DNA from: an uncultured Acidobacteriota bacterium
GTDB taxonomy: Bacteria > Acidobacteriota > Thermoanaerobaculia > Gp7-AA8
Assembly (NCBI GenBank): GCA_963822445.1
Contig: CAWGHO010000001.1
Location: 1,312,001 to 1,376,000, forward strand
Reading direction: 5' to 3'
DNA length: 64,000 nucleotides
Below, one piece after another: positions 17,725-27,471 of this stretch. The notes beneath the pieces were generated by a model. It was not told where the DNA came from and searched no databases. It saw only the letters and a list, made by a program, of their open reading frames with translations. Each line of letters opens with the position of its first letter. Position 1 is the first letter of the stretch. The position numbers and the translations under genes are program-made.

Positions 17725-18493
17725 TTAAACGGCCTTCATCGCCAGCGAGATGATCTCGCGATGCGTGAAGTAGTTCACCGCCGGGTCGTCGAGGTGGAAG
17801 GTGTAGGTGAAGCGCTCGTCGTTGTCGGCGATGAAGGTGAAGCGGAAGTAGCGGCTCTCGGTGCCGTCGCCGAATTCCTTGATGTTCGCCGGCTGTGCCG
17901 CTTTCCTCCTCCACCTTCAGCACGCGATACAGCCGGTGCGCGCTGATGGGAAGGTCGTCCGGCGGGTAGTGGATGAACTGGATGGCGTAGATCGCCTTGG
18001 GATCGATCTCGCGCTGCGGGTAATCCTGCACGCCCTCGCCGCCCACGCCGGTGAACCAGGACTCGTCTTCCTTGAAGAGGACGAGGTTCGCGGAGTTCTC
18101 GGTCATCGGCAGCGCGCCGCGGTCGAGATGGATGTGCTGCTCGGGATCGGCGGAGTCGCGGAGCTGGGTGAGCAGGTCGATCAGGTACTGGATGCCTTCC
18201 CGCGTGCCGGTCAGGGCGACTTCGTCGTCCTCGTCGGAGATCCAGAGGTCGAGCCAGGCTTCCTTCGGGAGCTTGACCCGGCCCTCGAGCGCCTCGCGGG
18301 TGATGGGGGCAAAGCCCAGGCGCTTGGCGGCGGCCAGGAGGAACTCGTTGCAGTTCGGATCGTCGAGCAGATTCTGCCGGGCATGGTCGATAGCGGCCTC
18401 GTAGGCGCGCTTCCGGCCGAAGTCGTGGCTCAGGTCGAACGGGAGAACGATCTGATCGAGAATCTGAGCAAATCTTTCGGCAGGTTTGGACAT
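17725..18493 (-). CDS. hypothetical protein with Imm32-like central segment (frameshift near 17890)
   Basis: MSKPAERF... continues in another frame as NIKEFGDGTESRYFRFTF...LAMKAV to a TAA at 17725-17727. Confidence 0.65.
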
Positions 18494-18549
18494 GGCGTCG
18501 CGGGGGTAAACCGGGGCGAATCTAGCATATTTCGTTACGGGGTTCCCCC

Positions 18550-18617
18550 GTGTAGTGTGGGCCTCCGGCCTACCTTTCGTCCCCCGCCCAAAGGTAGGCC
18601 GGAGGCCCACACTACAC
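18550..18617. repeat. REPIN-like inverted repeat doublet
   Basis: Perfect 28-bp arms GTGTAGTGTGGGCCTCCGGCCTACCTTT and its reverse complement; 12-nt spacer. Confidence 0.9.
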
Positions 18618-18621
18618 CGCG

Positions 18622-19191
18622 TCAGCCGCTGGTCCGCTCCCGCTGCTTCCAGTCCTTGTCCATCTCCGAAAGGAATCCCGCCAGGTCGTCGGCGTGCTCT
18701 TCCTCGACGGCGAGGATGCCTTCCAGCATGCGCCGGGTGGTGATGTCGTCGTCGCCGATGTAGCGGATCATCTCCGTGTAGGAGTCGATGGCCACCCGCT
18801 CGGCGATGAGGTCTTCCTTGATCATCTCCAGCAGGGTCGTCCCTTCGACGTACTCCGAGTGCGAGCGCGACAGGATCCCCTCGGGGCTGAAGTTCGGCGA
18901 GCCGCCGAGCTGGACGATCCGGCCGGCGATCTCGTCGGCATGGCCCTGCTCCTCGTTCGCGTGCACCAGGAACTCCGCGGCGATCGGGTCGGCGTGAATG
19001 CCTTGGGCCATGAAGTAATGGCGCTTGTAGCGCAGGACGCAGACGATCTCCGTGGCCAGCGCCTCGTTCAGGATCTTGATCACGGTCTCGCGGTTCCCGC
19101 GATACCCCTCGGTCACCGCACCTTCTTCGATGTGCTGTCTGGCGCGGCGCCGGAGCTCCTGAACGTCAGTCAGAAACGGCTTATCGGTCAT
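18622..19191 (-). CDS. bacterioferritin/ferritin-like protein
   Basis: LNEALATE, EEQGHAD, EDLIAERVA, EEEHADDL di-iron ligands. Confidence 0.9.
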   Translation of the reverse strand: MTDKPFLTDVQELRRRARQHIEEGAVTEGYRGNRETVIKILNEALATEIVCVLRYKRHYFMAQGIHADPIAAEFLVHANEEQGHADEIAGRIVQLGGSPNFSPEGILSRSHSEYVEGTTLLEMIKEDLIAERVAIDSYTEMIRYIGDDDITTRRMLEGILAVEEEHADDLAGFLSEMDKDWKQRERTSG

Positions 19192-19235
19192 GTACTTCTC
19201 CTTCTGATGCTCTGCTGATGCAATGCAAAGCCCGT

Positions 19236-20363
19236 TCAATCCGCGCCGAAGCGCGTGCGGCCGGCATCGTACATCCGCCCCCGCCAGTGCAACTGCCGGC
19301 GGATTCCGGTGACCCAGGTCGAGCGAATGAGGATCCACATCCAGAGCAGCACCATCAGCGGATTGCCGAAGATCGCGTTGTCGAGGCGGTATCCGAGTGA
19401 AGTGAACAGGACCACCCGGGTCAGGCTGATGACGATCACCGTGGCGATGGCGGCTAGGTCGCCGGTGAGCGCGGCGAGGTAGGGATAGACGTGCAGGACG
19501 ATGCTGAGGAAGACCATGAAGCTCGTCAGCAGGTAGCTCCGTCCGAACGTGGAAAACGAGTTCTTGGTGAAGCCGTCGACCACCTCGCGCAGGCCGCGAT
19601 ACATCCGCACGTAGACGAGATCATCCGCACGCACGGCCTCGGTGCGATGTCCGGCGCGGCGGATCAGCCTCGCCAGCGCCACGTCATCGACGACGGCGTC
19701 TTTGAGGGCCTCGTGGCCGCCCGCGGCGTCGTACACCTCGCGTCCGACGAGATTCCCCGGACCACCGCCGATGGCCAGCACCGGAATGCGCGTTCGATTC
19801 GACAGCCAGAGATCGAGAACCATGAACGCGAACACCGCCAGGTTGGGCATGGCGATGTGCTCCCAGAACCCGCGCATGCCCAGCCGCGGAAAGAGCGTCA
19901 TCATGGCCACGCCCGTTTCTTCGAGACGGGCCACCGCGGCCGCGACGGCTTCGGGCTGGTAGACCACGTCGGCGTCGACGAAGAGCAGCAGCTCGCCACG
20001 CGCGCGAAGACTTCCCTGATGCAACGCCCACGGTTTCCCCAGCCATCCGGCTGGCGGTTCCTCGCCGTGGATCGTCACGAGACGGGAATCGGCGGCCGCG
20101 ATCTCCTGCAGGATCGCGCCGGTCCCGTCGGTGGAACGGTCATCGACGACGATGACTTCGAGCGCCGGGTAGGTCTGCGCGAGCAGCCCGCGGACGGTCT
20201 GTCCGATGGACTGCTCTTCGTCGCGAGCGGGGACGATGATCGAGACCAGCGGGGTGCGTTTCGGCATCCGCGGCTTCAGCCGGTACGTCGTGACCACGTT
20301 GATGATCGTCCGCACCAGAGCGGCGATCCACATGACCAGAAGGACGTAATTGAGCACGCGCAT
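19236..20363 (-). CDS. family 2 glycosyltransferase (CrtQ/HpnB-like, membrane)
   Basis: VPARDEE, VVDDRSTD, GWLGKPWAL, FVDAD, VVDDVALAR motifs. Confidence 0.88.
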   Translation of the reverse strand: MRVLNYVLLVMWIAALVRTIINVVTTYRLKPRMPKRTPLVSIIVPARDEEQSIGQTVRGLLAQTYPALEVIVVDDRSTDGTGAILQEIAAADSRLVTIHGEEPPAGWLGKPWALHQGSLRARGELLLFVDADVVYQPEAVAAAVARLEETGVAMMTLFPRLGMRGFWEHIAMPNLAVFAFMVLDLWLSNRTRIPVLAIGGGPGNLVGREVYDAAGGHEALKDAVVDDVALARLIRRAGHRTEAVRADDLVYVRMYRGLREVVDGFTKNSFSTFGRSYLLTSFMVFLSIVLHVYPYLAALTGDLAAIATVIVISLTRVVLFTSLGYRLDNAIFGNPLMVLLWMWILIRSTWVTGIRRQLHWRGRMYDAGRTRFGAD

Positions 20364-20376
20364 TCGCGCGTTTACG

Positions 20377-21102
20377 TTACGCCTGTCCCGCGCGCCGTGC
20401 CGCTTCGACCGCGTACTGCGACTCGGGATATTCGGTCGTGATGCGGCGGTATGCCTCGCGCGACTTCTCGGCGTTGCCCTGAACGTCGTACGCCTGGGCC
20501 AGGAGAACGAGAAGCGCGTCGCCGGGCAGGGCCGGCTCGGGCTTGCCCAGCTCGGACGTCAGCTCGGTCGCGACCTGAGCCGCTTCGCCGTTCTCGATGC
20601 GCAGCTGGTAGAGGCTGTAGCGGGCGGAGGCGCCGAGGAGGGGGTGGTCGCCGTGGTCGTCGATGAATTCCTCGAGACCTTTGCGGGCACCGGCCGCGTC
20701 GCCCTTGGTGACGGCGAGACGCGCCAGGTAAAGGCCGGCGATGTCGGCCGCGTCGGTGCCGCCGAACTTCGACTGAACCTCGCGGAACTGCTTCTCCGCG
20801 GCGGTGTTGCGCTCTTCGGGGGTCTTGAACTTCGGCGCGTTGGGCGCCTGCTCTTGCTGCTGTTGCGGGTCCTCGCCGACCGGCGCTTCGATGGTGTCGA
20901 TGGCGCTGGCCAGAGCGAGCTGGGCCTTGGTTTCCTGATTGCTGCTGTAGAAGTACCAGCCGTAAGCGATGAGGGCGATGGCGATCACGCCGATGGCGAT
21001 GAAAAGCAGACCGCGCTGGTTAGCCTTCGCGCGGACCGAAAGTGCGCCGATCTCATCGACGAACTTGTCGTGTTTAAGGTCATGCCGGTGTTGACGATCC
21101 AT
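20377..21102 (-). CDS. membrane-anchored TPR protein (YfgM-like)
   Basis: MDRQHRHDLKHDKF, a single TM helix, then helical TPR-like repeats. Confidence 0.8.
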   Translation of the reverse strand: MDRQHRHDLKHDKFVDEIGALSVRAKANQRGLLFIAIGVIAIALIAYGWYFYSSNQETKAQLALASAIDTIEAPVGEDPQQQQEQAPNAPKFKTPEERNTAAEKQFREVQSKFGGTDAADIAGLYLARLAVTKGDAAGARKGLEEFIDDHGDHPLLGASARYSLYQLRIENGEAAQVATELTSELGKPEPALPGDALLVLLAQAYDVQGNAEKSREAYRRITTEYPESQYAVEAARRAGQA

Positions 21103-21193
21103 TGGGGGGAAAAGCCTCCGTAAAGAAGAGGGGCGAACTGTAGTTCAGGCGTGGCGAACCGTCAACGAACGGGGGGGATTCCCGGATCTTGCC

Positions 21194-21281
21194 GGTTGCG
21201 AGGTTGCGGGGTTTCGGGGTTACGAGGCTGGAAGAAGGATGCTCCTCCTCGAAACCCCGTAACCCCGCAACCCCGTAACCC
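21194..21281. repeat. inverted pair of 4x octamer tandem arrays
   Basis: GTTGCGAG GTTGCGGG GTTTCGGG GTTACGAG ... CTCGAAAC CCCGTAAC CCCGCAAC CCCGTAAC. Confidence 0.8.
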
Positions 21282-21355
21282 CACTACAATGAAGGGCACT
21301 CGGTTTGCACCAGCCCGAAATCACGTTTTCGATCTCACAAATGCCCGGGAGAGCC

Positions 21356-22528
21356 ATGACCGCGCGGTGCGCTGCTTCGATTCTTTTTTTTCTCACCTTC
21401 GCGGCGACTGCTGCTCCGAAGCGGGTGGACATCGACCTTTCCGGCGCAACCGTCCTCTGCTATCACATCGTCGAATCGCCCGCCGCACCGCGGATGCACA
21501 TCACCCGCGACGTGTTCCGCCAGCACCTGCGCTACCTGGAGATGACCGGTTACAACGTCATCCCGCTGCGCCATCTGTACGAGTACGTTTCCGGCAAACG
21601 CGCCTCGCTGCCGAAGAACGCCGTGGTCATCACCATCGATGACGGATGGTCCAGTACCTACACCGAGATCTTCCCCGAGCTGCAGAAACGCAAGTTTCCG
21701 TTCACGGTCTTCATTTATCCGAAGATCATCGGGCAGACCTCCAACGCCCTGACCTGGAAGCAGATCAAAGAGATGTCCGACGCCGGCGTGGACATCCAGA
21801 GCCACTCCCTGTCACATCCGTTCCTCACCCGCCGCCGTCATCGCTCGATGGGCGACAAGCAGTACGGCGAGTGGATTCAGCGCGAGCTCGCCGAGAGCAA
21901 GCGCATTCTCGAGAAGAACACCGGCAAGAAGGTGCACTTCCTCGCCTACCCGTATGGCGACTACGACGACAAGCTCACCGAGCAGGTGGAGAAGGCCGGC
22001 TACAAAGCGGCGCTCACCTGCGACTTCGGCCTGGTGCGCAAGGGCAGCGACCCGCTGCGCATGAAGCGATTCGTGATCGACGACCGCATGGACTTCGCCG
22101 AGTTCCGCCGCTACCTCGGCGCGTCACCGATGCAGCTGGCCGAGACCACTCCCAAGCCGGGCGTGGTCGATCCGACGGCCAAGGTGATCTCCGCGAAGAT
22201 CCCCAATCACCAGAACGTCGACCCCCACTCCGTCGGCATGGCTCTGCTCAGCCTCGGATCGATGGTCCCCTATTCGTACGACGCCCGCAGCGGCGCGATC
22301 AGCCTCGTGCTGCAGGACGCGATCAGCTCGCTCAAGACCAAAACCCATCGGGCGGTCGTCTGGGCCAATGACCTGAAGACCGGCAAGCGCATCGAGGCGA
22401 CCTGGGTGTTCCGCCTGCCCGATCCTGCCGCCCCCGCGCCCGCCACCACCCAGCCCGCCCCCCCTCCTGCCGTCAGCGCGGCGGGGATGCTCGGCGGCGC
22501 ATCGCCGGGCGGATCGCCGAAGCGCTAA
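21356..22528 (+). CDS. polysaccharide deacetylase (CE4) family secreted protein
   Basis: LCYH, ITIDDGW, QSHSLSH, LAYPYG motifs; signal peptide; start uncertain (21341 or 21356). Confidence 0.88.
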   Translation: MTARCAASILFFLTFAATAAPKRVDIDLSGATVLCYHIVESPAAPRMHITRDVFRQHLRYLEMTGYNVIPLRHLYEYVSGKRASLPKNAVVITIDDGWSSTYTEIFPELQKRKFPFTVFIYPKIIGQTSNALTWKQIKEMSDAGVDIQSHSLSHPFLTRRRHRSMGDKQYGEWIQRELAESKRILEKNTGKKVHFLAYPYGDYDDKLTEQVEKAGYKAALTCDFGLVRKGSDPLRMKRFVIDDRMDFAEFRRYLGASPMQLAETTPKPGVVDPTAKVISAKIPNHQNVDPHSVGMALLSLGSMVPYSYDARSGAISLVLQDAISSLKTKTHRAVVWANDLKTGKRIEATWVFRLPDPAAPAPATTQPAPPPAVSAAGMLGGASPGGSPKR

Positions 22529-22559
22529 ACACCTCACGGCCACCGGTCGTATCACCCTC

Positions 22560-24122
22560 ATGCGGATCCTGACCCTGCTCGCGGTTCTTTTGTCGATTCA
22601 CGTCGAGGCTCAGGATCTCCGCCTCACGACCGACCGTGAAAAGATCAGCGTCCACACCGGGGCCGCTTTCCATCTCCGCAACATCGGCGAGGCCGATGCC
22701 CGCGATGCCGTGGTCACGCTGGAGCTCGAGCAGCCGGGTCTGGAGTTCTACCGCGGTACGAATCCCTGGACCCCGGTTCACGGCTGGACCTGCACCTCCA
22801 CTCCCACGACCGCCACCTGCACCATCGCCACGTTCCCGGCCGGCGCGAGCCTGGCCATCATTCCCATCGTCCGGCAGATCGAACCGACCGGCGGGCATCG
22901 CAAATTGACAGTCACGGCCAGCGCTCTCAACACGGTGAAGCAGACCGCCGTGGTGGACGTCGTCGCCGACCATCGGCTCCTCGTGACCACCAACGCTGAT
23001 TTCGGCGCGGGCTCGCTGCGCGCGGCCATCGAGGAGATCAACGCGCAGCCGATGTGCGGCACCGACGTCCCTTGCGTGGTCCGCTTCTCCGGCCCGATGG
23101 TGATCGCCCCCGCAACGCCGCTTCCGGCGATCACGAAGTGCAACGTGGACATCGTGGGTCGCTTCGCGGATCCACAGGCCCCTCCGGTGTTGGTGGAGGA
23201 CCTCGTCCTCAGCGGCGAGAATGTGAGCTATGGCAACGGCCTCCACGTCCGCATCACCTCATGCACGGAACCGGTGGGGGTCGACATCGCTCAGATGACC
23301 ATTCACTCCTGGCCGTGGAACGGGATCGTGTACGACGAGCCCTCGCCGGCACCGGTACGTGCTCACAGCATCCGCGGGGTCCACGTCGGCACCGACGCGA
23401 CGGGCTCGATCGCGCTGGGGAATGGTGCCCGCGGCATCGCCCTCGACACGACCAATGACTACTTCTTCATCGCTGGCGGCGTCATCGGCGCCAACGGTCG
23501 CAGCGGCATCGGCATCTTCCGCGGAAGGCGCGTCGAGATCTCCAGCATCAGCGTCGGCATGGGCCGCGACGGCTCGCCCTTGGGCAACGGCGCCAGAGGC
23601 GTGTTCTCCCTCGGCACGCCATTCAGCGTGAACTTCAGCACCATCGCTTACAACGCGCACTACGGCATCGCGTTGACGCCGGGACTGGTGGAAGCACACC
23701 TCGAGAACAACGCCATCCATTCGAATGGCGGTTTGCCCATCGACTGGAATCTCGACGGTCCTTCACCAGTCGACGACGAAACGGACGGCATCCTCAACAC
23801 GCCTCGCGTGCTCGATGCGTTTTACGACGCCGGCTCGAACCGCACCATCGTCCGCGGCGAGGTGCGCCTGCGCCGCGATGCCTCGCGCTATGCGTACAAC
23901 GTCGATCTCTTCTCCGGCGTCACGCCGCGCGGTGACACGCCGAAGCGATTCATCTTTCGGACGAACATCCTCGCCGCGCAGGTCCCGGCCACGGCCGGCG
24001 ACGTTCCGTTCGAGGTCAGCTACGAGGGCGATCTGCGCGGACAACTCGTCGCCATCCAGATCCATGCGGTGAGCGGCGTCAAGGTCTCCACGGAGATCAG
24101 CGAAGGCTTCCTGGTCCGCTAG
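22560..24122 (+). CDS. secreted Ig-like plus parallel beta-helix protein
   Basis: Signal peptide; VTTNADFGAGSLRAAI; GN..RGI repeats; NAIHSNGGLPID. Confidence 0.75.
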   Translation: MRILTLLAVLLSIHVEAQDLRLTTDREKISVHTGAAFHLRNIGEADARDAVVTLELEQPGLEFYRGTNPWTPVHGWTCTSTPTTATCTIATFPAGASLAIIPIVRQIEPTGGHRKLTVTASALNTVKQTAVVDVVADHRLLVTTNADFGAGSLRAAIEEINAQPMCGTDVPCVVRFSGPMVIAPATPLPAITKCNVDIVGRFADPQAPPVLVEDLVLSGENVSYGNGLHVRITSCTEPVGVDIAQMTIHSWPWNGIVYDEPSPAPVRAHSIRGVHVGTDATGSIALGNGARGIALDTTNDYFFIAGGVIGANGRSGIGIFRGRRVEISSISVGMGRDGSPLGNGARGVFSLGTPFSVNFSTIAYNAHYGIALTPGLVEAHLENNAIHSNGGLPIDWNLDGPSPVDDETDGILNTPRVLDAFYDAGSNRTIVRGEVRLRRDASRYAYNVDLFSGVTPRGDTPKRFIFRTNILAAQVPATAGDVPFEVSYEGDLRGQLVAIQIHAVSGVKVSTEISEGFLVR

Positions 24123-24421
24123 CCCTTCGGCAGCTTGATCTCCGGCTCTTCCTCACGCTCGCGATAGAGAATCGCCGTCTTCCCGATCGTCCCGGCGAGC
24201 TGCGAATCGGTCTCGCTCGCCAGGCGATCGGCGGCAGCCTTCCGCTCTTTCGGCTCGTCGATCTCCAGGCGCACCTTGATCAGCTCGTGTGAATGGAGGG
24301 ATTTCTTCGTCTCGGCGACGACGGACGCGGTCACACCGCCTTTCCCTACCCGCACGATCGGCGCGAGGGGGTGAGCGAGACCTCTGAGGAACTGCCGTTG
24401 TTTCGCAGTGAGCACAGCCAT
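24119..24421 (-). CDS. yhbY: CRM-domain RNA-binding ribosome assembly protein
   Basis: LTAKQRQFLRGLAHPLAPIVRVGKGG, HELIKV, IGKTAILYR. Confidence 0.92.
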   Translation of the reverse strand: MAVLTAKQRQFLRGLAHPLAPIVRVGKGGVTASVVAETKKSLHSHELIKVRLEIDEPKERKAAADRLASETDSQLAGTIGKTAILYREREEEPEIKLPKG

Positions 24422-24512
24422 AAGGACTTATCGTACTTCTTCTTCCCCCTCTCCGTGGAATTTCGTATAGTTATTCGTACGTTCTTTCGCGCGTCCAGAA
24501 GTAGAAAACAGC

Positions 24513-24601
24513 GATCACACGACAATGGCAAACCCTCGGTGACGAGGGGACGCAAAGCCCACGGGTCTCGCGAAGAGACGGCCGGGCTGCCGAATGTGAT
24601 T
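24513..24601 (+). promoter_or_regulatory. c-di-GMP-I (GEMM) riboswitch
   Basis: GGCAAA, P2 (CCCTCG/GTGA/CGAGGG), GACGCAAAGC, P3 (GTCTC/GAGAC), GCCGGGCTGCCGA; P1 ATCACA/TGTGAT; lies in the GH18 gene leader. Confidence 0.92.
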
Positions 24602-24660
24602 GGAAGAGCGCGTAGCTCTTCGATCCGGCAACAGGAACCGGTGATCGCTCGGAGGTCTCG

Positions 24661-26025
24661 ATGCGGTCTCGGTTTTTGTTTTCAGCCGTTGCCCTGTTCG
24701 CGTTCGCCGTTCCCGGCTACGCCTACCGGATGTCCGCGTGGGTTCCCTCCTGGGACCCGAATGCCGTAACGGTCATGCAGACCCAGGCCGGCAACCTCGA
24801 AGAGACGAATCCCGGCTGGTACACCATCGCCGCCGACGGCTCGGTCACGAAGAATTACAAGGCCGAGGATCCGACGATGCGCGCGGCGCTGACCGGGACG
24901 ATGCTCGTTCCGACGATCAAGAACTACGTCGGCGGCCGTTTCGACGGTGCTCTCGTCGCGGCGATCATCAACGATCCGGTCAGGCGTGAGGCCCACGCCG
25001 AAACGCTGGCGCAGCTCGTCGTCGACAGCGGTGTCGACGGCATCGACATCGATTACGAAGGCGTGCCCACCACCTCGAACGCGAACTTCACCACGTTCAT
25101 CCAGATCCTCGCCGAGAAGCTTCACGCAACGCGGCGCGTACTGTCGGTCACCGTACACGCGAAGACGAGCGACAAGACGAACTGGAACGGCCCCGGCGCG
25201 CAGGACTGGCTCGCGATCGGCGCGGCTGCCGATTCCGTGAAGATCATGGGCTACGACAAACACCACTCCGCCAGTGTTGCCGGCGCGGTCGCGCCGCTCG
25301 ACTGGCTGGGCCAGGTCGCCGCGTACGCGCAGTCGACCATCCCCGAAGGCAAGGCCATTCTCGGCCTGCCCTGGTACGGCTACGACTGGCTCGGGACCGA
25401 CGGCACGACCGTGACCTACGCCGGTGCGATGACCATCGCCCAGCGCGTCGGCGCCGCGGTCACGCGCGACGTGAACGGCGAAGCGACCTTCACCTACGAA
25501 GGCCGCACGGTGTTCTTCCAGGACTTCACGTCGTACAAGACCAAGATCGACTTCATCACGAAGAACTACCCGGCCATCGCCGGATTCGCGGCGTGGCGCG
25601 TCGGTTCGGAAGATCCGGCGATCTGGCCGGTCGTCCGCGAGCTGACCATGCAGGCCGCCGGCTCGGCGCCGGTCAAAGGCCCGGCGATGAGCTTCGCCGT
25701 CGACGGCCCCCGCCAGCTCAAGCTCGTCGCCGGTGAAGCAACGGCCGCGGAGTACGCGTACGTCGGAATCAATGGCTTCGACCTCAACGTCACCGCCAGC
25801 ATCAAGGTCCTCGACGAATTCGGCGGCACGGTTGCGCTGAGCTCGCCGACGGTCACCGCGACCAGCGGCACGAAGCTCCTCGTGAGCGTGCCGAAGTCGA
25901 CGCCAGCCGGCTCGTACCGGATTCTCGTGAAGATGTCCGGCGCGGGAATCCGCCACGAAAAGATCGTGACGCTGAACGTGGAAGCACCGGCGCCTCCGAA
26001 GTCGAGCAAACGTCGCGCGGCGTAA
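24661..26025 (+). CDS. secreted glycoside hydrolase family 18 with C-terminal Ig-like domain
   Basis: DGIDIDYE catalytic motif, IMGYD, LGLPWYGYDW, AWRVGSED; GGAGG RBS. Confidence 0.92.
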   Translation: MRSRFLFSAVALFAFAVPGYAYRMSAWVPSWDPNAVTVMQTQAGNLEETNPGWYTIAADGSVTKNYKAEDPTMRAALTGTMLVPTIKNYVGGRFDGALVAAIINDPVRREAHAETLAQLVVDSGVDGIDIDYEGVPTTSNANFTTFIQILAEKLHATRRVLSVTVHAKTSDKTNWNGPGAQDWLAIGAAADSVKIMGYDKHHSASVAGAVAPLDWLGQVAAYAQSTIPEGKAILGLPWYGYDWLGTDGTTVTYAGAMTIAQRVGAAVTRDVNGEATFTYEGRTVFFQDFTSYKTKIDFITKNYPAIAGFAAWRVGSEDPAIWPVVRELTMQAAGSAPVKGPAMSFAVDGPRQLKLVAGEATAAEYAYVGINGFDLNVTASIKVLDEFGGTVALSSPTVTATSGTKLLVSVPKSTPAGSYRILVKMSGAGIRHEKIVTLNVEAPAPPKSSKRRAA

Positions 26026-26055
26026 ACGGCAACATTTTTGCCTCGGGGCATCCCC

Positions 26056-27471
26056 ATGCCCCGTCCCCTGGCGCTCCTCGTTACCCTCGTCCTCACCACC
26101 ACCGCCCTCGCCAATCCCATCACCGACGAAAACGCGCGGCCGGGAACGGACCGCTGGCGGCTGCGCCAGCCGGCCATCACCCAGATCGCCGGTTACGCCT
26201 CCTCGACCAGCGTCACGCACGGCGAGACGATCGATCTCTTCGTCAGCACCACCGATCCGACTTACACGATCGAGATCTTCCGCACCGGCTGGTACGGCGG
26301 CCTGGGAGGGCGGCGGATGACCGACGCGGTCGAGCGAACCGGCATCGTGCAAGCCGTTCCCTCGCCCGACACGAATGGCACGGTCGAATGCAAGTGGATC
26401 GACCCGTATGCGGTGACGATCCCCGCCGATTGGCTGAGCGGCGTGTATCTCGCGAAGCTCACCGGCGTTCCCAGCGGCAGCCAGAGCTACATCATGTTCG
26501 TCGTCCGCGACGAGCGCCGCGCCGACTTCGTCTTTCAGAGCACGGTCACGACATACCAGGCCTACAACAACTGGGGCGGCAAATCGCTGTACGGCTTCAA
26601 CAGCACCGGCATGCCCGCGCGGAAAGTGTCGTTCGATCGTCCGTACGCCTCCGCATTCGGCACGGGCGGCTACCTCTTCGACTGGGAGTACAACTTCGTC
26701 CGCTTCCTCGAGCGCGAGGGCTACGACGTCACGTACACGACGAACATCGACACCCACGCGCGGCCTTCGTCGCTGCTGCGCGCGAAAGCGATGCTGTCCG
26801 TCGGTCACGACGAGTACTGGAGCTGGGAGATGCGCGAGCATGTCGAAGCCGCACGCGACGCGGGCGTGCACCTCGCGTTCTTCTCAGCGAACAACTGCTA
26901 CTGGCAGATCCGCTTCGAGAATGCGAACCGCACGATCGTCGGCTACAAGGATGCCGCGCTCGCCTCGGATCCATTCGCGAACGACGGCAATCCGTCGAAC
27001 GACCACCTGATCACCGTGAAGTGGCGCGACGTGCCCGTCTCCCGTCCCGAAGAAGCGCTCCTTGGCGTGATGTACGTCGAGTCGCCGATCGACGGCGACA
27101 TCGTGATCGACAACGCCTCGCACTGGGTCTTCGCGAACACCGGCCTGAAAAACGGCGACAAGCTCACCGGCCTCCTCGGCTATGAGATCGACGCCATTGT
27201 CGGCATCGCCTCGCCACCCGGGCTGGTGCGTCTAGCCCATTCGCCGTATGTCAGCGAGCAGGGCGAGACCGGCTTCGCCGACATGACCATTCACACGACC
27301 GCGAGCGGGGCGATGGTCTTTTCCGCGGGAACGATTCAGTGGAGCTGGGGCCTCGATCCGTTCGGCGATCCCGATCGCGTGCAGCGGCAGAGCGAGGCCG
27401 CGAAACAGATCACGCGCAACGTGTTGAATCGGATGAAAGCCGTGCCGCGGCGACGCGCGGTGCGGAGTTAG
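26056..27471 (+). CDS. N,N-dimethylformamidase beta subunit family domain secreted protein
   Basis: TYQAYNNWGGKSLY, VSFDRPY, SVGHDEYWS, VFSAGTIQWSWGL; signal peptide. Confidence 0.85.
   Translation: MPRPLALLVTLVLTTTALANPITDENARPGTDRWRLRQPAITQIAGYASSTSVTHGETIDLFVSTTDPTYTIEIFRTGWYGGLGGRRMTDAVERTGIVQAVPSPDTNGTVECKWIDPYAVTIPADWLSGVYLAKLTGVPSGSQSYIMFVVRDERRADFVFQSTVTTYQAYNNWGGKSLYGFNSTGMPARKVSFDRPYASAFGTGGYLFDWEYNFVRFLEREGYDVTYTTNIDTHARPSSLLRAKAMLSVGHDEYWSWEMREHVEAARDAGVHLAFFSANNCYWQIRFENANRTIVGYKDAALASDPFANDGNPSNDHLITVKWRDVPVSRPEEALLGVMYVESPIDGDIVIDNASHWVFANTGLKNGDKLTGLLGYEIDAIVGIASPPGLVRLAHSPYVSEQGETGFADMTIHTTASGAMVFSAGTIQWSWGLDPFGDPDRVQRQSEAAKQITRNVLNRMKAVPRRRAVRS

Noticed and set aside
24513-24601. 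c-GAMP (GEMM-Ib) riboswitch variant
   Set aside because: The discriminating position is G (24527), not A.
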